Below are positions 60,101 through 64,000 of a stretch of DNA of 64,000 nucleotides, one piece after another (positions within the stretch are counted from its first letter, which is position 1; the number at the start of each line of letters is the position of its first letter). Under the pieces are notes generated by a model. That model was not told the origin of the DNA, did not search any database, and saw nothing but the letters and a program-made list of their open reading frames with translations. The position numbers and the translations under genes were made by a program. The stretch comes from Perna viridis. Its lineage: Eukaryota. The stretch is from assembly GCA_037379345.1 (NCBI GenBank), contig CM074521.1:19554704-19618703 (forward strand), given 5' to 3'.

Positions 60101-60844
60101 GAAAAATATTCTGGATGCCTATTCATATGATACTGTTGAAGTATACCATTTTAAAATGTGCTTGTTTTATCCAGTTTTACCCACACAAACACTTACTTTC
60201 CCATCCACACAGCTCGTATTGTTTACTTTTTTATTGTTTAAAGTTCTTGTTTTACTAACTTAATTTTTAAATGCATGTTCCTATATTGACTGCAAAAAAT
60301 TAATATAGGAAATGAATCTCTTTGAAATTGCACCACAAGGTGTCACACCACCAAAGGAAGGCTTGGAATTATTTTGGGAGTTGTGACTAAACCCATATAT
60401 ATAATTAAGGGCTAAAATGGACCAGAAACAAGCATTTACCTGATTTCCATATGATAACTTGAGTAAAAGGAAATGGATCTTTGAAATTGTTCCACAAAGT
60501 GCCATACCGCAAAAGTAAGTTGGGGATTGATTTTGGTGGCAGTGACTAGGACCGTTTAGGAATTTAGGGCCAAAGAGGGGCCATTTCCATACCAGTCAAA
60601 AGTGTAATTCTGTTCCAATTGTCGAATCACAATCAAACATAAAAGCAGTATCGATCAAGCTTGAATTGTGTTTTCATGATGGCCCTAATTGGTGGGTCCG
60701 TGTGGTCATATCAATCTGCTTCCTGCAGAGCATTTCATTATTTAAGTTGCCATATCTTTTGCATCATCCCAAATTGTGTGTTTAAAGTATATTTATATTG
60801 TGAATGTTTATTTTTCAGGCTTTGAGCCAACCAAAAAATCTTGA
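141..60844 (+). CDS. PRKAG: 5'-AMP-activated protein kinase subunit gamma (4 CBS domains), spliced, 5'-partial: join(141..177,18648..18757,24711..24756,30299..30402,41424..41505,46720..46778,48775..48820,51420..51598,52058..52138,52666..52788,53834..53905,58699..58779,59673..59766,60819..60844)
   Basis: Manual splicing at GT-AG sites gives 1140 nt open to TGA. The product has the diagnostic AMPK-gamma motifs [107 protein letters not shown] and SLSDVL. It cannot be assigned to vertebrate paralogue 1, 2 or 3 from sequence alone. Confidence 0.97.
3571..3734 (+). mobile_element. dispersed retroposed-type repeat, family R copy 1 (5'-truncated)
   Basis: Aligns by eye with 17691-17853 and the reverse complement of 53351-53510. 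Shared 3' end ggttcccttgattactctt. Confidence 0.8.
3899..3928 (+). CDS. candidate 30-nt cassette exon ([10 protein letters not shown]), phase 1/1
   Basis: Acceptor atttatgtatttcag and donor GAG|gtataa (weak). 3n length, open in the gene frame. Confidence 0.35.
4118..4153 (+). CDS. candidate 36-nt cassette exon ([12 protein letters not shown]), phase 1/1
   Basis: Acceptor caactctctttag and donor CAA|gtaaga. 3n length, open in the gene frame. Confidence 0.35.
6760..7154 (+). mobile_element. ~395-bp non-autonomous TIR element (MITE family A), TTAA-flanked
   Basis: TIR gtagc...taagaatcatgcaaaat / attttgcatgattctta...gctac with TTAA on both sides. Two more full copies in the window. Confidence 0.9.
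8816..8977. mobile_element. short element of the CAGGGGCGGATCCAG-TIR type
   Basis: Right end ctggatccgcccctg, decayed left end. Relatives at ~3323-3454 and ~38144-38328. Confidence 0.55.
9921..9960 (+). CDS. candidate alternative first coding exon [13 protein letters not shown] (or 3' part of a 78-nt cassette exon 9883..9960)
   Basis: aaaaATGA start context, 13 codons +1 nt, donor TAA|gtaagt. Phase 1 matches the acceptor at 18648. Confidence 0.6.
11157..11565. repeat. 60-bp minisatellite, ~7 copies
   Basis: Unit tcatagtattgggccctggcatatacattgtatctcatggattccctcta(t/g)agaaatctg stacks vertically in the 60-column layout. Confidence 0.95.
12763..12789. repeat. (TG)13 microsatellite
   Basis: Read directly. 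Confidence 0.95.
15262..15575. repeat. ~52-bp minisatellite, ~6 copies
   Basis: Unit aacttagaagggatcagcctatgagccaggtggatc..tataggctgtgta. Confidence 0.9.
16076..16099 (+). CDS. candidate 24-nt microexon (xYSFQPNF), phase 1/1
   Basis: Long T-tract with a TGC before actag, donor TTC|gtaagt. 3n length, open in frame. Confidence 0.5.
16759..16807 (+). CDS. candidate alternative first coding exon [16 protein letters not shown]
   Basis: ATG with G at -3, 16 codons +1 nt, donor CAA|gtaaga. Phase 1 matches 18648. Confidence 0.4.
17615..17853 (+). mobile_element. dispersed retroposed-type repeat, family R copy 2 (longest, structured 5' core)
   Basis: Same family. 13-bp closing stem 17615-17627 / 17703-17715. 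Confidence 0.8.
18648..18757 (+). CDS. PRKAG: PRKAG exon ([37 protein letters not shown])
   Basis: Strong acceptor ttttcttctttttcag, open frame, CpG-retaining relative to the intron, donor CGG|gttagt (phase 0). Alternative in-frame donors exist after 18751 and 18766. Confidence 0.8.
19135..19810 (+). mobile_element. decayed Helentron-like element with internal tandem units
   Basis: Short (gtc) microsatellite then repeated ggggcca..gggg / ttgattttgg units. Related fragment at ~60280-60590. Confidence 0.45.
20312..20654. mobile_element. CpG-rich TIR element with GGCC ends, possible 3-bp TSD (ACA)
   Basis: ggcctaaaaa..tgtgtttctggtaac / gttactggaaacaca..tttttaggcc, internal ttagggtcggt repeats. 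Confidence 0.75.
20740..21410. repeat. degenerate ~125-bp tandem repeat with shorter subunits
   Basis: ggattaaga at 20976, 21101 and 21226, recurring aagatgatgtttc. Confidence 0.8.
21638..21764. repeat. 42-bp tandem repeat, 3 copies
   Basis: cacagctgttgttggtcggtggtatgacttgagcaaggcat. Confidence 0.95.
22188..22214 (+). CDS. candidate 27-nt microexon (MQYGSIHEE), phase 0/0
   Basis: Acceptor gtttaccctcattttag and strong donor GAG|gtaaga. Fits the phase-0 intron 18758-24710. Confidence 0.65.
24711..24756 (+). CDS. PRKAG: PRKAG exon ([15 protein letters not shown])
   Basis: Acceptor ctgttttctgtctttttcag and donor TAG|gtaagt. Acidic pre-CBS segment in phase with 30299. Confidence 0.9.
25047..25586. 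mobile_element. TA-flanked TIR/foldback element with internal inverted repeats
   Basis: (ta)cactccttgagacgttcacgtttcct / aggaaacctaaacatctcacggaatg(ta). CpG-rich tgcgtttaaa repeats inside. Confidence 0.7.
26846..27525. repeat. 39-bp minisatellite, ~17 copies
   Basis: Unit ggttgacaatagatctctcatatctcagtggtcatt... It generates the 230-aa repetitive ORF. Confidence 0.95.
27574..28694. mobile_element. CAGTGTTCTAGGA-ended TIR element containing a nested Helentron-like repeat
   Basis: cagtgttgtaggatt ... aatcctagaacactg. A shorter relative lies at 30566-30783. Confidence 0.65.
27766..28148 (+). mobile_element. Helentron-associated (HINE-like) non-autonomous element with two ~150-160-bp internal repeats
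   Basis: T-run start tttttattgcccc, short (gtcc) microsatellite, tandem units starting at 27827 and 27975, end gcgggggacat. Family assignment is from recalled mollusc HINE architecture. Confidence 0.6.
30299..30402 (+). CDS. PRKAG: PRKAG exon ([35 protein letters not shown])
   Basis: ttttcag acceptor, gtaagt donor, conserved CYDLIPTS motif. Confidence 0.97.
34928..35043. mobile_element. hairpin-type MITE
   Basis: tttctgtattc.gatctt...tctcccact / agtgggaga...aagatc.gaatacagaaa. Half copy at ~33365-33435. Confidence 0.65.
35046..35254. mobile_element. TACTGT...ACAGTA-type MITE
   Basis: Colinear with 62643-62850 (tactgtgaaagta...cacgaaattt.gttccca). Confidence 0.65.
38013..39086. mobile_element. 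decayed pogo-like TIR element with internal insertions and a 33-bp array
   Basis: agtaaacctgtctttagtgacc ... ggttgctaagacaggtttgactg(ta). Confidence 0.55.
38342..38547. repeat. 33-bp minisatellite, ~6 copies
   Basis: Unit caggttattgctgaatacaggtggtcactaaga. Confidence 0.93.
40786..40860. repeat. 40-bp tandem duplication
   Basis: tatatggtggctgatgtaactcagaggtcactaat twice, perfect over 35 nt. Confidence 0.95.
41424..41505 (+). CDS. PRKAG: PRKAG exon, CBS1 ([27 protein letters not shown])
   Basis: ttttacag acceptor, gtaagt donor, [10 protein letters not shown] motif. Confidence 0.98.
42638..43031 (-). mobile_element. MITE family A copy, inverted
   Basis: Reverse complement of 6760-7154, TTAA flanks. 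Confidence 0.9.
45847..46004. mobile_element. palindromic MITE with ~55-bp arms
   Basis: gaaataaatcacgggaactccattttatcattgtt / aacaatgataaaatggagtttctgtgattcatttc. Confidence 0.8.
46720..46778 (+). CDS. PRKAG: PRKAG exon, CBS1 ([20 protein letters not shown])
   Basis: tttgcag acceptor, gtaagc donor, MLTITDF motif. Confidence 0.98.
47248..47510. repeat. ~53-bp purine-rich minisatellite, ~5 copies
   Basis: aatcccaaattgggagaagagaggggccaatggtgaatgtttg. Confidence 0.9.
47682..47699 (+). CDS. candidate 18-nt microexon (DLYTHN), phase 0/0
   Basis: Branch-like tgactaa, acceptor ttatttgatag, donor AAC|gtaagt. In frame within the phase-0 intron 46779-48774. Confidence 0.5.
48775..48820 (+). CDS. PRKAG: PRKAG exon ([15 protein letters not shown])
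   Basis: ttccag acceptor, gtaagt donor, ELEEHKI.TWR motif. Confidence 0.98.
49200..49515 (+). mobile_element. degenerate tRNA-derived SINE
   Basis: B-box-like ggtttcaatccc, a central block (actgattggcttgga..gataatgtatctga..ggtggcatgcctac..ctgttg..gtgag..agcac) resembling the conserved central domain of bivalve SINEs as I recall it, and an (aatc) tail. Fragment at ~46280-46350. Confidence 0.6.
50788..51186 (+). mobile_element. MITE family A copy
   Basis: Colinear with 6760-7154, TTAA flanks. Confidence 0.9.
51420..51598 (+). CDS. PRKAG: PRKAG exon, CBS2 ([60 protein letters not shown])
   Basis: gtttttcag acceptor, gtaagt donor. Overlaps track ORF 51398..51619. Confidence 0.98.
52058..52138 (+). 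CDS. PRKAG: PRKAG exon ([27 protein letters not shown])
   Basis: T-tract plus cag acceptor, ACG|gttcgt donor, LPKP..M..TL.EL.VGT motif. Confidence 0.95.
52666..52788 (+). CDS. PRKAG: PRKAG exon, CBS3 ([41 protein letters not shown])
   Basis: gtttcag acceptor, gtaagt donor. Overlaps track ORF 52618..52803. Confidence 0.98.
53351..53566 (-). mobile_element. dispersed retroposed-type repeat, family R copy 3
   Basis: Reverse complement reads tttctagaaaagcagagg...ccggtgca...ccatgctccc...ggttcccttgattactatt. Confidence 0.8.
53609..53782. mobile_element. CAGT-ended Tc1/pogo-like MITE
   Basis: cagtgtaacctatctaa ... ttagacaggtttcactg(ta). Confidence 0.7.
53834..53905 (+). CDS. PRKAG: PRKAG exon ([24 protein letters not shown])
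   Basis: ttctacag acceptor, gtaaga donor, [12 protein letters not shown] motif. Confidence 0.98.
54859..55204. mobile_element. MITE sharing family A TIRs but with a different interior
   Basis: ttaagtgtcagtctttgtaagaatcaggca ... tgcctgattcttacaaacacttacactta. A more decayed relative lies at ~63439-63786. Confidence 0.75.
58699..58779 (+). CDS. PRKAG: PRKAG exon, CBS4 ([27 protein letters not shown])
   Basis: tttatttttag acceptor (tandem TAG-GAG), GAG|gtttgt donor, WFEGV..C motif. Confidence 0.93.
59673..59766 (+). CDS. PRKAG: PRKAG exon, CBS4 ([31 protein letters not shown])
   Basis: tttttccttcag acceptor, TGG|gtatgt donor, VHRL and SLSD motifs. Confidence 0.97.
59746..60000. repeat. 38-bp minisatellite, ~7 copies, first unit spans an exon/intron junction
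   Basis: tcttagttc(t)caaacca.tgg.tatgtact.aagt units at 59746, 59784, 59822, 59861, 59899 and 59977, plus a degenerate unit near 59940. Confidence 0.9.
60819..60844 (+). CDS. PRKAG: PRKAG last coding exon (GFEPTKKS*)
   Basis: tttatttttcag acceptor, phase 1, TGA at 60842-60844, followed by apparently non-repetitive UTR-like sequence. Confidence 0.8.
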
Positions 60845-61650
60845 TATCTGTGATAAATTGTTGGAACTGCTGGTATAACTCTAGTGATCTCAGATCATCA
60901 ACTTACTACCTTAGATATATCTAGGGCTGAATGTAAGCACTGCTGTGATTGGCTGACAGTGGACAGGAAAGCTACCCAGCAGCAAATGGATTCCATGACT
61001 GTGATCATTGACTTGTCTCGGTTGAGATGACTGATGTTAGAAGTCTTTCATGGTGCATGGCGTCATTGTGAATGAATTTGAAATGTCAGCCATGTAAACC
61101 TGATTTGCTAAAAAGTTCAATAATTTTGTACTAAAAATAGATCATTCCATTTTATTTAAATTAAACCAGAATTGGTACAAGTAGTATTATAACTCCATAG
61201 TAACAAGTCCACAAATTACACAGATAATGTCTCATTTTGAAGTCATTCTAAATAATATATTTTTCTTGAATTAAAAATGTTACAGAATTCCATGTATGTA
61301 CTCAGATGATATCATGATAGTAGTCCATCAACATTTGACAATCCTGGATCCCAGGACTGTATCATATACGTAAAGTTATTTCTCAACACCTCTTATACTG
61401 AATGATAAATTTTTAGTTCCTTAAAATTATTTATGGAGATCATTTTCATTTTCAATCCTTTTTTTCAATCATATCATTCATACATGTAAGATGTGTATGA
61501 ACCAACCTTGAGTCAAGGTCAAACAAGTGACAATGGTTGGGAAGCCGTGAGTCTAGTCGCTCATTATAATCAATTACATTAACTCATTTCTTACCAAAAT
61601 TTAGCTGATTCATAGTCTCTCACATAAAGTTTATTTTATGGAATTAAAAC
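60845..61650 (+). other. probable 3' UTR of PRKAG (3' end undetermined)
   Basis: Follows the stop codon. ATTAAA hexamers near 61160, 61270 and 61643; I saw no clear AATAAA. Confidence 0.5.
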
Positions 61651-62238
61651 AGTGAAACTTGTCTAAACCAAGCTCCTTTTGGACTGATAAACTTATTTGA
61701 TTTAGACAGGTGTTTTGAGAACACAAGTTCAAATATATTTAAGGAGGTAGACATAGAGTAAGGGACATAACTCTTGAAGTTAATTTGTTTGTATACAAAT
61801 TGTATCATATTCAATTTCACCGAAGCCTTTCAAGCTTTCCTTTGAAACAGAATGAAATCAGTCCAACTTACTTTGATGCTTTCATCAGATTGATGTAAAA
61901 TGGTGAATTCAAGCATTCCAATGATTTGTAAGAGTTATGTCCTTTACCCTAGGTTTACCTCCTTAAATTGATGTAAATGGGTGTTTAAACAGACGTGAAT
62001 TTGTTTCCGCTCTTTAGCAGAGTTTCACTATTTCAAGTCTGGAGTTTACCCTTATGATTCTTTTTTTTTTTTTACTGTATATTTACTTCCGATTTTGCCA
62101 ATTTCCACTTCGTTTGTTGACCTCATAAAATCCTCCCTGTTAAAAAGTGTCTGGTACTGGTAGGTTTATGGATTTTGCACAATTTGGTTTAGACAGATTT
62201 TGGGATTATGTAGGATTTGGTTTAGACAGGTTTCACTC
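61650..62238. mobile_element. CAGT-ended Tc1/pogo-like MITE hosting nested insertions
   Basis: cagtgaaacttgtctaaacc ... ggtttagacaggtttcact. Relative at 53609-53782. Confidence 0.7.
61743..61962. mobile_element. ~220-bp Kolobok-like MITE (TTAA TSD, GG...CC ends)
   Basis: TIR ggaggtagac.tag.gtaagggacataactctt / aagagttatgtcctttaccctaggtttacctcc with TTAA on both sides. Confidence 0.8.
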
Positions 62239-62991
62239 AGTTTGATGTTGAATTATAAAATTTTCAAGATTTCGCAAGACTTACTATGTTCTGGCATTGT
62301 ATGATTACATTTATCTTCATTTTAGTAATCAATATGCTTCTAACATAAGTCTTCATGCTGTCCATTTTGGCATACTTTTTTAAGTTGATCATTTCGCAGA
62401 ACCTTTAGTATGAAATTTAATTACAACAATAGGTTGCTAACTACATGCATTTTTATGATTCAAGGCTTTATTCATATAAAGTTTGTTAAATTTTATGTTA
62501 GGTCATGTAGAAGATTTTTTCTATGATCATCACGTCATCGTGAAAATTGGTACACATGTTCAACATTACACGACCTTTTGAAATGTGTCCTGTTTTACTG
62601 TTTTCTGCAGGGCATCAGTGTTATGTTAATGTTTTTCTTGTTTACTGTGAAAGTATTATTGTTCGTTGAATACTAATTTTCATGGTTTTTGTGTATTGGG
62701 TAAACACGAAATTTGGTTCCCAACAAAAAAGAAATTTCCCGCTAATTTGTATGGTAGAGATGTCAAATTCACTAATTCAACAGTCTGGGAATTGAAAATA
62801 TTTCTGTAAACCACAAAAATTGGTACCGACGAATGAAAGTTCCTTCACAGCATTGTAATAGGGCATTGAGTCAATCAAAATGAAAGTGCCGACTGTTAAT
62901 TTTATTTTCAATACTTAAGACTGAAAGAGTCATTTTATTCGAAATTTAACAAATCTTTAGGTTTCAGTTAGTATTTTTTATGTCTATTTAA

Positions 62992-63204
62992 GGAGGGAGA
63001 CCTAGGGTAAGGGACATAACTCTTGAAATCAGTGATATGTTTGTGTCATATTCAATGTCACCAAAGCATTTCAAGCTTTCATTTGAAACAGCATGCAATC
63101 AATCCAAGTTACAATGATGCTTACATGAGGTTGATATAAAGAGCTTGAATACAAATGTTCCAATGATTTGTAAGAGTTGTGTCCCTTACCTTAGGTCTTC
63201 CTCC
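62992..63204. mobile_element. second copy of the Kolobok-like MITE
   Basis: Colinear with 61743-61962, same TIRs. Confidence 0.8.
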
Positions 63205-64000
63205 TTATAGTATTTAGAAACTACAGGATTAAGATGTTCAGAATCTCAGTTAATTCTCAGTTACTGTATAGTGACAAATCTGTTGATAACTTATAATGTA
63301 TCAATTTTTTTCTTGCATTTTCTCTTTTATATGACATACCATCTGTTACTCAGTGATGTCATTGTTTTGCTGAGGAGATAATTTGACACCTTTTATGGAT
63401 GTCTATTTATGTTTTCAAAAATGCTTCATGAAGAACAAGTCTTTCTAAGAATCAGGCACTATTTGTAAGTTGAAAAATACAATTATAATTACATGTACCA
63501 TCAATCTGAAAAGATTTTTTTCTAATTAAATGTCCATTAGTTGATCTCTAAAACAATGAAGAAATTAGGGCAAGTGTCTGTTGCATATTAGAAAATTTGA
63601 ATGTTTAGAGTTATTTGGCCCTGAGTTTTCATTGACAGCACATTCAAATGAACTTATAACTCAATTTATGGACTACAACAGAAAGAATAGCAGAGAATTT
63701 TTCATGACTGTCCTGTCGAACAAAAAGTAAAATTACACAATATCTTAGAAGTGTTTTTTTTTCATGCCTGATTTTTAAAAAGACTAGTAATCAATGCATT
63801 TACAGTCCCTTACATCTGAAATGTCTCAGATCTATTATATATATAGGGGTAATTGTGCAGGTATTATACATATAGTATGTCAGAATCATATCCCCATAAT
63901 GATATATGTAGCCAATTTTTTATGTATCAATGTGATTTTTTATCAGTTCAATTTGTTTTACAAGACTGTGTTTGAATTTTAAAAAAATACAACTTTCTTC

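Noticed and set aside
60842-60856. TGA read-through or selenocysteine
   Set aside because: Further in-frame stops follow within three codons and no SECIS is evident.

Overview
AT-rich, CpG-depleted animal genomic DNA. The repeat landscape suggests a bivalve mollusc (inference). Almost the whole window is one plus-strand, intron-rich gene for the AMP-activated protein kinase gamma subunit (PRKAG / SNF4A-gamma; four CBS domains). I traced 14 phase-compatible GT-AG exons from 141 to the stop codon at 60842-60844 (1140 nt, 379 aa; the true 5' end lies upstream of the window). The introns are packed with non-autonomous TIR elements, Helentron-like and SINE-like repeats and several minisatellites. 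Most ORFs in the supplied track are chance or repeat-derived. Signals the basic gene model does not explain: (i) five frame-preserving 18-36 nt candidate microexons, one inside the CBS1-CBS2 linker; (ii) two phase-compatible candidate alternative first exons, one encoding a basic NLS-like N-terminus ([13 protein letters not shown]); (iii) a minisatellite grown from an exon/intron junction whose best-preserved copies have lost the GT; (iv) a candidate recursive splice site; (v) a 5'-truncated retroposed repeat with a potentially pseudoknotted RNA core. All of these are sequence-only predictions that need RNA-seq or comparative checks. I found no evidence for a prokaryote-type system.
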